The notes under the pieces were generated by a model. The model was given only the letters and a program-made list of their open reading frames with translations. It searched no databases and was not told the origin of the DNA. A program made the translations under genes and the position numbers. A stretch of DNA of 64,000 nucleotides from a virus, in IMG/VR virus record IMGVR_UViG_3300042261_000588, positions 64,001 through 128,000 of that record, one strand, 5' to 3'. This document shows positions 19,220 to 29,579 of this stretch, in pieces. Within the stretch, counting starts at the first letter, position 1; every line of letters begins with the position of its first letter.

Positions 19220-20188
19220 TCAGATCGCCTGCTCAAGCGAGTCAGTCAAGACAGTCCGTAGTGTCCTAATCGGAGAGGGCGGACGACCACTGAACGTGAA
19301 GTGTAGAGAATCACCAACCTTCATTTTAGCCCATCGAATCTCTTTCATTGCTTTTCGGATCGCTTTCATTGTCAAGCAGTGTTGTTCGACAGTTATCCCA
19401 ATATGTTTCTTGAGCTTATCTAGACCGATAAAGTAATGATTTCTACCCGCTTGCATTCCCAACCAAAGTCTTAGACAAAGCACACACATGGAGTTTGTTT
19501 CTACTTCGTTTAATGGGACGAACCATGGATTTTCATTCAGCATGTTCAAGTATTCTTTCGATATATGAATTTCAATACTATGATCTTGTCGATGATGACC
19601 ACAGATAACGCCGACGACTTGGAGTTGATTGAGAGCATCATCTAATGACGCGAAGAATGATTTTCCAGGTTTCTTACCAATCAATTCTGCAAAACGTCTA
19701 CGATGTACGTTCAAAATCCTACTTTCGACATGACCGTTCATCAAGTGCCAGCCAATACCTAGTAGAGTTTGATAAGCAATCAATCCAACCGTCCCTGCTC
19801 GCCGAATCTTCGTCGAATGATTGGGAATGAGATTAAGCATTCGAGGGATGACACACCAAGTGTCTTTGTTGACCGGCTGATAGGAGGTTGATAGGACTCT
19901 TCCAGGATGTCTGGACTCATGGCATTTAAGACAAAGGGAGTAACCTTCCAACATGTCGTTCTCGTGATAGGAGATAGCATGGTTGAATGTTTCCTCCTCA
20001 TCTCCGTAAAACTTCCATAGCCCTAAAAGAACATGATAGAGATCGATCATGTGATGCGTTTCAAGCTTCTCAGTGGAATGACATTTAACACAAGCGATGC
20101 CACGATTACGTTTCTCCCATCCAGAATATGCCAGAGATGAACGAACTCGATGGTCTAATGTTTTGAGGATAACTGATTGATTTTGCAT
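19220..20188 (-). CDS. HNH-like Zn domain fused to a Rep/winged-helix-like region
   Basis: CVKC..LETHH..LCLKCHE; C-terminal IGLDKLKKHIGI resembles plasmid Rep wHTH; only substantial reverse-strand gene. Confidence 0.55.
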   Translation of the reverse strand: MQNQSVILKTLDHRVRSSLAYSGWEKRNRGIACVKCHSTEKLETHHMIDLYHVLLGLWKFYGDEEETFNHAISYHENDMLEGYSLCLKCHESRHPGRVLSTSYQPVNKDTWCVIPRMLNLIPNHSTKIRRAGTVGLIAYQTLLGIGWHLMNGHVESRILNVHRRRFAELIGKKPGKSFFASLDDALNQLQVVGVICGHHRQDHSIEIHISKEYLNMLNENPWFVPLNEVETNSMCVLCLRLWLGMQAGRNHYFIGLDKLKKHIGITVEQHCLTMKAIRKAMKEIRWAKMKVGDSLHFTFSGRPPSPIRTLRTVLTDSLEQAI

Positions 20189-20209
20189 GTTCGATTATAC
20201 TCTTGATAC

Positions 20210-20353
20210 TTACACTCACGAAATGCGGTATTTACACTCACTTTGGGTTTTTTACAGCAAATTTTATAATCTGTTGTCGTGTGGGTGGTTATGGTCTGTT
20301 TTTCGAACAAACGATTTATAGCTTTTCAGGTGGTTATTATATTATTACACTCA
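20210..20353. repeat. three TTACACTCA direct repeats in an AT-rich intergenic region
   Basis: copies at 20210, 20232 and 20345. Confidence 0.5.
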
Positions 20354-20440
20354 TACTTTGCTGTATTCGGCAGTAGTTTCCTGCAAATAACTGTGATAAT
20401 TTTTCGATATTTTACTAAGTGTTAGTGGGGAGTATAATTT

Positions 20441-20827
20441 ATGAGATCAGAGAGAATAGCAAATAGCTTAGTTAAGCGGATTACTGGTAATTACTCTGTT
20501 TTTGGGTGGAATCATGTAGTTGATGGGATGGTAGATCGATTGGAAGACCTATCTTCTGAAATAAGTATTTCCAAGTTTGATAATCTGGATGCTGTAGCTG
20601 GATGGTCCAAGCTGGTCGAGAGGGAACAGATCGACTTATACGACGAGGTATTATCTCGTGAGGTTGACGAACTTAGGGGTGAGTTGGCAAATATCTTAAA
20701 TGAGGCAGAGTCAATCAATCGTTGGTGGAGCGACGAATTGAGAAAAATGAAGCAGAAATGTCAGAAGGTATCGAAAGACATGCTTAGTTTAGCCGCTAAG
20801 TTCAAGAAAATGGAGAAAAGATCATGA
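20441..20827 (+). CDS. hypothetical protein with shared N-terminal tag
   Basis: MRSERIANSLVKRITG. Confidence 0.65.
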   Translation: MRSERIANSLVKRITGNYSVFGWNHVVDGMVDRLEDLSSEISISKFDNLDAVAGWSKLVEREQIDLYDEVLSREVDELRGELANILNEAESINRWWSDELRKMKQKCQKVSKDMLSLAAKFKKMEKRS

Positions 20828-21318
20828 ATAGAGAAGAGCGGATTATTGGTCGTGTAGCTAGTAAGTCTCTAGAGAGTTGGCAGATGATGGACATCAGTAA
20901 GGTATTGCGTAGAGAGCAAAATTTAAGGGGGAAGATAGCTGATGCGATTAGAGACATCAAGACATGGATGGCAGACATACGACATGATAACACGATGAAG
21001 ATGGCGGCAGAGGAAGCGATGAGTGCGCTCGTAGGTGCATTGAAGGCGACGGACATACTAATTGGCATTAGTTTGGGTGAGATGCATGGGGAGATGACTT
21101 ATCTAGCCGGAGAGAAGACGGCTGCGAACAATTGGATGAATATAATTCACATGAGGAGGGATTTAGATGATATGGTGGCACAAGCTAAGATGTGGGTAAG
21201 AAGCGAAAAGGATGCAACATCTGATGGTGGTTTTTCAAATGTTAAACATTATGAGTCTGTAGTGAGTGCTCTCGCCGAGTGCTCTGACAAACTTCGTAAA
21301 GTCGAACATATCACCTAA
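20824..21318 (+). CDS. hypothetical protein with shared tag and internal duplication
   Basis: MNREERIIGRVAS; two similar helical halves joined by GEKTAA. Confidence 0.65.
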   Translation: MNREERIIGRVASKSLESWQMMDISKVLRREQNLRGKIADAIRDIKTWMADIRHDNTMKMAAEEAMSALVGALKATDILIGISLGEMHGEMTYLAGEKTAANNWMNIIHMRRDLDDMVAQAKMWVRSEKDATSDGGFSNVKHYESVVSALAECSDKLRKVEHIT

Positions 21319-21338
21319 TAAAAACTGGAGAAATTTCT

Positions 21339-21725
21339 ATGAAAGATGTTGATAAGATTATTGAGCGTGTAGCCAAGGGGGTTACTGGGGCTGGCAAGTG
21401 GGGTTGGGAAATATTTGAAGTCAATAAGACAGGGGCCTTGCTTCAAATCAGACATGATACATTGGCGAGATTCATCAAATTGGGAGAGTTGACTAGAATC
21501 ACGAATGAGATGGCTGGAAAGGTTAGGTCTGATTTGGCTCAGTTGGTAGCTTATGGGTTATCGATCAACATGGCGAAAATAGAGATTGGTGAGAAAGAAG
21601 TTGCTATCGAGGATGGCAAGATCACTATTTTTGTTAATGTGACTGTGAAGTGGTTGCCGGGAGAACAAAATATAGTCTGGGAAGATATTTATGAGGGGAT
21701 GCGAGATAATGGGCTATTGCGTTAA
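21339..21725 (+). CDS. hypothetical protein with shared tag
   Basis: MKDVDKIIERVAKGVTG. Confidence 0.65.
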   Translation: MKDVDKIIERVAKGVTGAGKWGWEIFEVNKTGALLQIRHDTLARFIKLGELTRITNEMAGKVRSDLAQLVAYGLSINMAKIEIGEKEVAIEDGKITIFVNVTVKWLPGEQNIVWEDIYEGMRDNGLLR

Positions 21726-21800
21726 GAAATATTGGGAGTCGGTAATTATCAAGCCATTGGTCGACGAGTGGGTGTACGGTGATAATTAGGAGTTAAGAAT

Positions 21801-22427
21801 ATGAATAGAGAAGTGAAGATAGCTAATCGGGTGATGATGGCGGCGACGTTTTCTCAGTTTGAGCAAGCTCTTAAGCAGCATGACTGGACGTATAATTACA
21901 GTGATGATGGTAGGGTATGGCGTCGTGGCGAGGCACAAGCCAAGGATATTGAGTCTATGGCTAAGGAGTTGGTATTGGTTGATGCTGATCGGACGGTTGA
22001 TTTATACAACAAGTATGGTCGAGAAGGATGGAGCGGGGACTGGACTGATGTTACGGCTGATAAGTGGATGAATATTCATAGGCATGAGGCTGAGTTGGCG
22101 GCGTATCGCAAGACATTGGAAAAGGAGATACGGGAAGGTGGGCGTTTATTTGGTACGCCTATAGCGGGGAAGTGGTCAGATAATGGATGGATTGGGTATC
22201 CGCCGAATTTCACGTTATTAGTTCGAGGAAAGGATCATTCTGAGTTCACCATTGTATTATCTGGTACGGGTCGTGGGAGTCATTTAGCGATTCGGAAGGG
22301 GACATTGGTAGCACAGGAGAAGGTGGAAGGGTATTACAGCATCGTGGGTGGGGTAAAGCCAGAGGAAGTTGCTCGAACGATTCAGAAGATGTATAAGGAT
22401 TTGGTAGAGAGAGGGGTTATTGAGTGA
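21801..22427 (+). CDS. hypothetical protein with shared tag
   Basis: MNREVKIANRVMMAA, then an HDWTYNYSDD.RVWRRG domain. Confidence 0.7.
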   Translation: MNREVKIANRVMMAATFSQFEQALKQHDWTYNYSDDGRVWRRGEAQAKDIESMAKELVLVDADRTVDLYNKYGREGWSGDWTDVTADKWMNIHRHEAELAAYRKTLEKEIREGGRLFGTPIAGKWSDNGWIGYPPNFTLLVRGKDHSEFTIVLSGTGRGSHLAIRKGTLVAQEKVEGYYSIVGGVKPEEVARTIQKMYKDLVERGVIE

Positions 22428-23128
22428 TACCTCGTGGGATACAGGCATGGAGCAAGAACAAGAAGGTGGAGCGGACAGCACCTGGTTCCAAGAATCATTA
22501 CAAGGTCACTTACTGGGATGGGCAGGAGAAGTGGACGGATCAATACCCCGGAGCCGGGAAGCCGGGTAAAAGAGAACAAAAACTGGAAAATAAGAAGCAG
22601 GGAAGACCATCGGTTCAGGATGCAAAGGGGACATTGGCAGCAGCAGTGAAGAAGTATGTTAGTGGAGGGGAGAAGGGAATATTAGAGAATGCTGTAGATA
22701 ATGTGATTGTTCACTTAGGTCGTGAGATGGCTAAAGAGACAATCAGAAAATATCTGAAAGAGAACAAGACAGATGAAGATGGGAAGGTGAAAGAGGCGCA
22801 GGGTGTGATACGGGATCGGATGACGGACAAACTAAGGGGCAAGAAGGTTATGAATGGCAGGATAGACAAGATAGCGAGTCGAGTGGCGGGTTCTACTTAT
22901 CCGACTATGCAGCAGGTAGAACATGCCGAGTTGTATCAGTTGGTGCATTGGAATCGGTATTTGCCTAGTCCGGGAGAATGGGCGATAGGCGGTAGGAATA
23001 GGGCAGAATTTGAGAGGGCGTTAAATCACGAGGCACCGATCATCACTCGGATCGTCGAAAGAATTAAGGAATTGGGTGGTATCACGCCATCAGTGAGTAA
23101 GGCGGTTGGTTGGGATAGGTATCGGTAG
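22424..23128 (+). CDS. two-part hypothetical protein with internal tag
   Basis: internal MNGRIDKIASRVAG; C-terminal GGITPSVSKAVGW. Confidence 0.6.
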   Translation: MIPRGIQAWSKNKKVERTAPGSKNHYKVTYWDGQEKWTDQYPGAGKPGKREQKLENKKQGRPSVQDAKGTLAAAVKKYVSGGEKGILENAVDNVIVHLGREMAKETIRKYLKENKTDEDGKVKEAQGVIRDRMTDKLRGKKVMNGRIDKIASRVAGSTYPTMQQVEHAELYQLVHWNRYLPSPGEWAIGGRNRAEFERALNHEAPIITRIVERIKELGGITPSVSKAVGWDRYR

Positions 23129-23423
23129 GGGGCTAGGACCGTCAAGGCGTGGCTTTATAGGTAGGGGCTATGGCCATGGTAGTGGGGCAGGGCATCAAAA
23201 CTCGATTTTAAGGGCTCTGGGTGTGTTGTGGCTTGAATAAAGAAAGAGTAGAGTTTAGAAATGATTATTTTAAGATATTGGCTTTGTTTTTGTGAGTGGT
23301 TATTACGATTAGGGAGGACGCTAGAAGTTATAGCAGATGAGGAGAAGACAATCTAGAGGTTTAAAATGAATTGGGTATCAAGCAATTCATATGGGTATTT
23401 TATTAGGAATTGGGGATAGAGTA

Positions 23424-25235
23424 ATGGGATTGGAGAGGACAAACAGGATTCGAAGGATGGTCTCAAGTCTCATGGTGACAGCCTCAGAGATTTTAGGTAG
23501 CTCTGCGTGGATGAAGGGGTGGATTGATCCACACGGGAATTTTCATGCGATTCCTGGTGGATTAACGCATGAACATCTTGCTCGTAAAATATGGGATGGG
23601 AAGACTGAGACAGAGGATATGGCATCTCCGCTTTGGGGATCAAAACAGATGTATAAAAATGGGTGGGCTAGGGTAGTCCCATATGGGAGAGACACGCTTT
23701 CAGCGGAGGTTTCTAGAGGAGTTCGATCACTAACATACTCTCAGCTTGAAAAGTTAAAGGACTTGGCGATAGAAGAAGGGATGACTAGCATAAGATTGGA
23801 TAATGGAAACTCATTGACGGCAATCTGGGAGGACGAAGATTTGTTGGTTGCTCGATCCAAAGTTGGTTTTGAGTTCCCTTCACAGGATGCCATGAGCAAA
23901 TACCTTAAGGATCATCCCAAGGCGAAGAAAGAAAATCATTGGGTTCAAGATCAAAAACCGAAGAAAAATCTTCAGGAAAATGCTCCTAAAACTGAAGAAA
24001 AAGCTGATGATTCTGGCAAGGCTGGGAAATTCAGAGTGCCGGAACACAAGTTGTTGAAGTTCGAAATGGACGGGGATTTGGGGAACATGGACAATTGGAG
24101 GGCAAGGATAGTTCTCGGCAACTCGATGGGCGAAGACAAGAAGGTCGGGGATATGGATAAGATCGGTTATGTGGCGTTCAGCACGGTGAATGATGAGATT
24201 GTGCCGATAGCGAGAGCCGACGAGCATCAGGCAGGATATGAGTTGTTATATCATCTGGATAAGAATGGTGCGATCAGGAGCAGACCACAGGATTTTATCA
24301 CATTGTTTAATGGAAGCAATTATCCGCATTGCACGACGAAAGATACGAAGGCGTATGCAAGTGCGGTGAAGAAGTGGTTGGCTTGTGGTGGTCCAAATGT
24401 GTGCGTTCACTCCCAGAAAAATGGAAAGAATTATGTGACTGACATGGAAGAATATGCGGCATTAGGGGGAGATGTGCCGTATGAACAAAAGGGACCGTCA
24501 AAGGCTGGGCGTGAGATTTTAGATCACTTGGAAGGTGCGATTGGTAGTTTAAGAGAAGGTAAGGATAAAGAAGCCCTTGAACATGCTAAAAAGTTAGCAA
24601 ATAGGTTAGAAGTTTTTAGAAGTTATGTAGGTTATCCAGACGTATTTATTGATGAGTTGGATAAGATGGAGAAGGACAGGGATATATCGGGTCTTGGCAG
24701 GGCAATTAAGGCAGTAGCGAAAGATATTTGGGATCATCTCAAAGAGGAACGTGATCGTAAATATTCGTATGTGTCGGGGCTTTACGGAACAGGAGATGAT
24801 GCAGATAAGAGGTTGGAGAAAGCGGCTGGTGCAGACACAGAGCCTCCTAAGAAGGAAGGCGAGACCGAGAGACCTCGTTTATCTGATGTTGGGCATAATA
24901 TCGTTAGTCATTTAGAGAAGGCGGCGAAGGCAGGAATTCAGGAATTTGGCCGTGGAATTGATCGAATGAAAGATTCGGCAATGGATTTAATTTTTTATTT
25001 ACAGCCTATGATGGAGGATGTAGATGATTTAGGACCTGCCTTAGAGAGATTGCATCGTGCGATGGCAGGGGAGGATAGTGACGAGATACAACAAGCGTTG
25101 TTCTCGTATAACGGGGTTAAGAATTTATTGCATCAGCGGTTGAGGAAGTTGATGGCGGATGGTGTGGTGAAGGACAAGCATTTTGGAGATGTGAAGTCGG
25201 CTTTTGAGGAGTTTGAGAGGTTGGGACAGATTTGA
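23424..25235 (+). CDS. multidomain hypothetical protein with shared tag
   Basis: RTNRIRRMVSSLMVTAS; GWIDPHG..H domain; EFPSQDAMSKYLKDHP module; repeated ILDHLE/IVSHLE helices. Confidence 0.7.
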   Translation: MGLERTNRIRRMVSSLMVTASEILGSSAWMKGWIDPHGNFHAIPGGLTHEHLARKIWDGKTETEDMASPLWGSKQMYKNGWARVVPYGRDTLSAEVSRGVRSLTYSQLEKLKDLAIEEGMTSIRLDNGNSLTAIWEDEDLLVARSKVGFEFPSQDAMSKYLKDHPKAKKENHWVQDQKPKKNLQENAPKTEEKADDSGKAGKFRVPEHKLLKFEMDGDLGNMDNWRARIVLGNSMGEDKKVGDMDKIGYVAFSTVNDEIVPIARADEHQAGYELLYHLDKNGAIRSRPQDFITLFNGSNYPHCTTKDTKAYASAVKKWLACGGPNVCVHSQKNGKNYVTDMEEYAALGGDVPYEQKGPSKAGREILDHLEGAIGSLREGKDKEALEHAKKLANRLEVFRSYVGYPDVFIDELDKMEKDRDISGLGRAIKAVAKDIWDHLKEERDRKYSYVSGLYGTGDDADKRLEKAAGADTEPPKKEGETERPRLSDVGHNIVSHLEKAAKAGIQEFGRGIDRMKDSAMDLIFYLQPMMEDVDDLGPALERLHRAMAGEDSDEIQQALFSYNGVKNLLHQRLRKLMADGVVKDKHFGDVKSAFEEFERLGQI

Positions 25236-25339
25236 TTTCATCTGGGATATTTGCGAGCTAACAAATAACCTTGCCAAAAATGCAATCTGGTATGTTATGC
25301 GGACGGTATCCTGGATGGATTTTCAAGAGGAGGATGAGG

Positions 25340-25846
25340 ATGAGTATTGCAAGCGACATTGTTTCAGTAGCCAAGGACTTAATAGCTGGTGAAGGTTTGT
25401 TCGACATAATGTCAGAAATGATGAAGGGCATGAAGATAATGATCTACACGCCAGATGTAGGTGATGTTCAACTTATTGGAGGTAGTTATGCTCCTTCTCC
25501 AACTACTTTCATACCACGGAGAAAGAGTTGTGTGGCTATGCTTGTTTCGAGTATCACAGTAATGCCAGAGAGGCCGTATATCAATGCGGAGGTTGTGCCG
25601 GGTCGGCGATACATGATGGTTATTACTATAACGACCGCTGGTGGTCACATGTCAGATAAGATTGAGGCCCCGCTGATTTTGAGGGCTAACGCCGAGGATG
25701 ATCTTAATCGGTTTTTACAAACATATGTTCCTCATTTGGTTTCTAGATATTTGCGGGAACATGGAGCGAAGATGATGGAAGTGAGTGAAGGGATTCACAA
25801 GAGCATTTCAGAGATGTATGACGGTGGTCGTGACATGGGTGACTGA
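25340..25846 (+). CDS. hypothetical protein with shared tag
   Basis: MSIASDIVSVAKDLIAG; SD GAGGAGG. Confidence 0.65.
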   Translation: MSIASDIVSVAKDLIAGEGLFDIMSEMMKGMKIMIYTPDVGDVQLIGGSYAPSPTTFIPRRKSCVAMLVSSITVMPERPYINAEVVPGRRYMMVITITTAGGHMSDKIEAPLILRANAEDDLNRFLQTYVPHLVSRYLREHGAKMMEVSEGIHKSISEMYDGGRDMGD

Positions 25847-25995
25847 TAAAGGAGACGACCATGAAGACGAGAAGAGGATCAGATACAGAGGTTTTTAGGA
25901 GGATGTTGTAGACTTAGAATATCTGAATGATGGATTGGATCACTTACTTCTTTATCATTAAAGAATCACTATAAGACTCTTAGTGAAAGGTTTTT

Positions 25996-26217
25996 ATGAT
26001 TATTGATCCATGGCTTAGTGTAGATCAAGTTGGGTTGGTATGCCAGTCTTGTGCCGAGTCTATGAAGAACAAGGGGATTAAGGCGATCAGGGCGTCTGTG
26101 TTGAGGAATGCTCAGATAACGTGGCAGGAGTGTGTGGACAAAGCGATTAAGAAGAATATGGCGAAGGATGCTGGCGCGTTGTGTGGATGGTTGAAGAGTA
26201 GGGATCAGAGTGTCTAA
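25996..26217 (+). CDS. small Cys-containing protein
   Basis: CQSCAE..IRAS..CVDKA..ALCGWLK. Confidence 0.55.
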   Translation: MIIDPWLSVDQVGLVCQSCAESMKNKGIKAIRASVLRNAQITWQECVDKAIKKNMAKDAGALCGWLKSRDQSV

Positions 26218-26229
26218 ACAGGGGGAATC

Positions 26230-26305
26230 ATGAATAGGGAAATCTAGGATTGCCGAGCGGATTGTTGCGAGGTATCCTGATACAGCCAACAGAGCAGGAG
26301 CGTAA
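26230..26305 (+). pseudogene. frameshifted remnant of a tagged gene
   Basis: SD GGGGGA; removing one A gives MNRESRIAERIVARYPDTANRAGA*. Confidence 0.45.
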
Positions 26306-26551
26306 CTCTGGCGTGAGCAGGCAGAGGAGCCTCGACGGAAAGAGGGAATTCGTCCTCGCAAGGAAGATTAGGTCATCTATAGATGCCAGCGACGTGAATT
26401 TAGAGAGGATAAGCTATGAAAAAAAGTAAAAACGGGAAGGGTAAGATTTTTATCGACTTGCTTTTAATTCTTCTCGTTGCTTGTTTTTTTATGGGTTTGA
26501 TTCTGTTTTCTTTTCAGGGTTTGTCTAACATTCTTAATTCGGGAGTAGCGA

Positions 26552-27643
26552 ATGAGATCAGTTCTAAATAATCGAGTTTCGAGAATTGCCGATATTGTGG
26601 CCGAACACCGCTCTTCGCAGTCAAGAATCTCCGCTATTGTAGATAGAATTATTGCTCTTGAGTTTGATAATCGCAAGCAGATGGAAGACTATCGGCGCGA
26701 ACATGATGTTAGGCCGGGAACAAAACTGGTTGTAAAAACTCCGGCGAAGCATCAAACCGGTCCTTTGGAAAGTCCGTCTTCACCTCGACCACGTCATCTG
26801 ACGAGCAAGGCGGTTTATACTAAGAAGGATGGGTGGAGAGCAGTAGATGGGAAAGAGTTGCCAGAGCATGTAAGGAAGCAAGCTATTCCTCCGGCGTGGA
26901 AAGACGTTCATTACGATCCTAATCCAAAAGCAGACTTAGTTGTTCAAGGCAGGGATTCTAAAGGTCGGATTCAGAGTCGGTATTCTGATTCTCACAAGGC
27001 AATGGTTGCAGCAGAGAAGTTTGCCAGAATATCAGAGTTGATCAAGAAGATAGGCGAGATCAAAGGTGAGAATGAGAAGAATGGTAAAGGGGGCAAGAAA
27101 GATGATGCGGAATGTTTGAGACTGATTATGGAGACAGGGATTCGTCCGGGAAGCGATCGGGATACGAAGGCTGAGAAGCAGGCTTATGGTGCGACGACAT
27201 TACGGGGGCGTCATGTGGTCGTCAAAAAAGATGGTGTTCATCTAGATTTTATTGGAAAGAAGGGGGTTCATCTTGACATCCCGGTAATGGATAAAAAGAC
27301 GGCTGAAAATTTGTTGGGTCGTGCAAAAGAGGCTGGTAAATCAGGGCGTCTTTTCAACACGAATGAGGGCAAGTTATTGGAGTATACACACACACTTGAT
27401 GGTGGTGGTTTCAAGGTTAAGGATATGAGAACGATGGTTGGAACAACGACGGCAATCAGTTTGGTAAAGAAAATGCCCGTGCCGCAATCTGAATCTGAAT
27501 ACAGAAAGCAAGTAAAAGAAGTTGCTGTTTCTGTTTCAAAAAAACTAGGCAATACACCAGTCGTTTGTCTTCAAGCTTATATCAGCCCGGTCGTTTTTAC
27601 AACATGGAGACAAATTGGGTGGGAATTAAAGGGGGCGGCATGA
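26552..27643 (+). CDS. DNA topoisomerase IB (bacterial/poxvirus type) with N-terminal tag
   Basis: IPPAWKDV, GRDSKGRIQSRY, TGIRPG, YGATTL, FIGKKG, KDMRT, LGNTPVVCLQAYISP. Confidence 0.92.
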   Translation: MRSVLNNRVSRIADIVAEHRSSQSRISAIVDRIIALEFDNRKQMEDYRREHDVRPGTKLVVKTPAKHQTGPLESPSSPRPRHLTSKAVYTKKDGWRAVDGKELPEHVRKQAIPPAWKDVHYDPNPKADLVVQGRDSKGRIQSRYSDSHKAMVAAEKFARISELIKKIGEIKGENEKNGKGGKKDDAECLRLIMETGIRPGSDRDTKAEKQAYGATTLRGRHVVVKKDGVHLDFIGKKGVHLDIPVMDKKTAENLLGRAKEAGKSGRLFNTNEGKLLEYTHTLDGGGFKVKDMRTMVGTTTAISLVKKMPVPQSESEYRKQVKEVAVSVSKKLGNTPVVCLQAYISPVVFTTWRQIGWELKGAA

Positions 27644-27804
27644 AAAAGGTTTTTGACTTGGATGCTGATGTTGAGTTTGGCACGGATGTTTTGCCGGACT
27701 GGAGAAAGGCAGATGATGTCGCCGATACAGACGATGAAGAAATGAAAGAAACCCCGATAGACGTGTTGATGATTCTAGGGTTCGATCCAAAAGAATTATT
27801 TTGA
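27640..27804 (+). CDS. small acidic protein
   Basis: DDEEMKETPIDVLMILGFDP; ATGA overlap with topoisomerase. Confidence 0.6.
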   Translation: MKKVFDLDADVEFGTDVLPDWRKADDVADTDDEEMKETPIDVLMILGFDPKELF

Positions 27805-29579
27805 TGAATACTAAGGTCATAGAGTTGACAAAGCCATTTGATAGTGCAGCACTTGAATGTGACGGCATGACTAGGGTATTGAGAACAGTTCTTTCAGATA
27901 ATCATATTTCACATACTCCAAAGGTTGGACGGGTGGAGTGGAATGGAAAATACTTCAGTCCACATTTTTGGATCGAGCTGCCTAATGGTGATGTAGTGGA
28001 CTATAGACTTCGGATGTGGTTTGGTGGACAGGCACCGCATGGAGTTTTCAATCCAGAGAAATCAGGGGTGATCTACGAAGGACGGACGGCGAACATGCCG
28101 GTGTTGACAGATTTTCTGTTTGGTGTGCTGGCAGGTAAACCGAGAGTTGCTGGCGTCAAAGAGGTGGTAGATAAAATAACCAAGAGAATCAGGGACAGCG
28201 AATTGGTTCAACGATTGACGGATAAAGTGCTTCGATTCATTAAAACCAAGCATCCTTCTGATGATCTAACACCAGAGGAAGTGGCTGCGATTTATAGACA
28301 GGAAGATTATGGTGATGATTTTGACATGCCGGGAGGTCAAGAGTTGGATGTGGGTTGGACGAATCATGCAGAGTATCGATGTGATTTAAGGGATGTTGAT
28401 CCATCAAGAGTGAATGAGACCATTAGAGATTTTGCCGAGACACATCCTCATCAACATAAGATGGTAAATTTGACGAATCGGAGTTTAGGGAAGGCGGTAG
28501 TGGACGTGAATACAATGACAACCCCGGAAGAGGCTCGTGTTGTTACAGTAATGGCAAACGACGATATTGAATCCAGTCTTCTCATCTCAACTCTTTCTGA
28601 GTTGGGTGTAGTTGGGTTGTCAAAGGTTGCTGGACCCAATGATATTAGATGGCAGGCCGTCTTTATGATGGGTTCATCGGGTTCTGGGAAGTCACACTAT
28701 CGAGAGAAGACTTACTTGAAATACATGAAGTTCAAGGTGGTTGATCCAGATGCGTTGGTTATGGCACATCCTGATTACGATCCAGAGAGACCCTATCTCC
28801 TACATGAGTGGTCGAAAGATGTGAGTGATGTGGAGTTCAACTCAATCATAAGTAATGGGACTGGCGATCCTGTTGTCGTAGACGGAACGGGTAGAAATCC
28901 CGAAGGAATCTTGAGGAAGATGGCTGCGGCGAAGAAGAATGGCTATAGGATTTTTCTCGTTTATATTTGGGTTCCAGTAGAGGTATCGATATGGAGAAAT
29001 AGGAATCGTTCCAGATTTGTGCCGGAAGAGAAGATCGTGAATGTGTATAAGGGATATGATGAATCTTTTGCAAGGCTTCGGGGTTATGCGGATAGTTTTA
29101 AGGTGATTCCGAATTACACAAGCGAAGATTTGAGAGCTGCTAAAAAAGACATTGAGGTTTATCCTGCACCGCAAAAAGTGAGACCGCCAAGGCCAGGAGA
29201 CAGTGATTATGGGAAAGACGAGATGAGTAAGGCAGCTTCAGATGTCATCTTGTTTCCGGGACAAGGAAACGGTAACGATGACGGGGATCAGACTCATAAC
29301 TACAGGCTCGGGAGTGTGAAGACGTTCTACCAGATTGATAGTGAGGGTGGTAAGAAACACGAACATCACTGGCGCAAGACTTGTGTGGAGTGCGGAGGCG
29401 TCGATACTTGTCGCTGTTCCGCTCCGAAGGTGGATGTTTCAGGGATTTGCTATGATTGTTGTGAAAAAGAAGGTATCGACTTTAAAACAGGGAAGAAGAT
29501 TGTGATCTCTGCCGTAAAGGACAGGCAGGCGAGAATTGTTGATCGTCTTATTCAGAAGGTGCTTGAAAGGAAATTATGA
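27801..29579 (+). CDS. polyvalent protein with zeta-toxin-like P-loop kinase
   Basis: N-terminal PHFWIEL..VVDY; WTNHAEYR; MGSSGSGKS..DPD..VVDGTG..RNRSRFVP; C-terminal Cys cluster. Confidence 0.7.
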   Translation: MMNTKVIELTKPFDSAALECDGMTRVLRTVLSDNHISHTPKVGRVEWNGKYFSPHFWIELPNGDVVDYRLRMWFGGQAPHGVFNPEKSGVIYEGRTANMPVLTDFLFGVLAGKPRVAGVKEVVDKITKRIRDSELVQRLTDKVLRFIKTKHPSDDLTPEEVAAIYRQEDYGDDFDMPGGQELDVGWTNHAEYRCDLRDVDPSRVNETIRDFAETHPHQHKMVNLTNRSLGKAVVDVNTMTTPEEARVVTVMANDDIESSLLISTLSELGVVGLSKVAGPNDIRWQAVFMMGSSGSGKSHYREKTYLKYMKFKVVDPDALVMAHPDYDPERPYLLHEWSKDVSDVEFNSIISNGTGDPVVVDGTGRNPEGILRKMAAAKKNGYRIFLVYIWVPVEVSIWRNRNRSRFVPEEKIVNVYKGYDESFARLRGYADSFKVIPNYTSEDLRAAKKDIEVYPAPQKVRPPRPGDSDYGKDEMSKAASDVILFPGQGNGNDDGDQTHNYRLGSVKTFYQIDSEGGKKHEHHWRKTCVECGGVDTCRCSAPKVDVSGICYDCCEKEGIDFKTGKKIVISAVKDRQARIVDRLIQKVLERKL

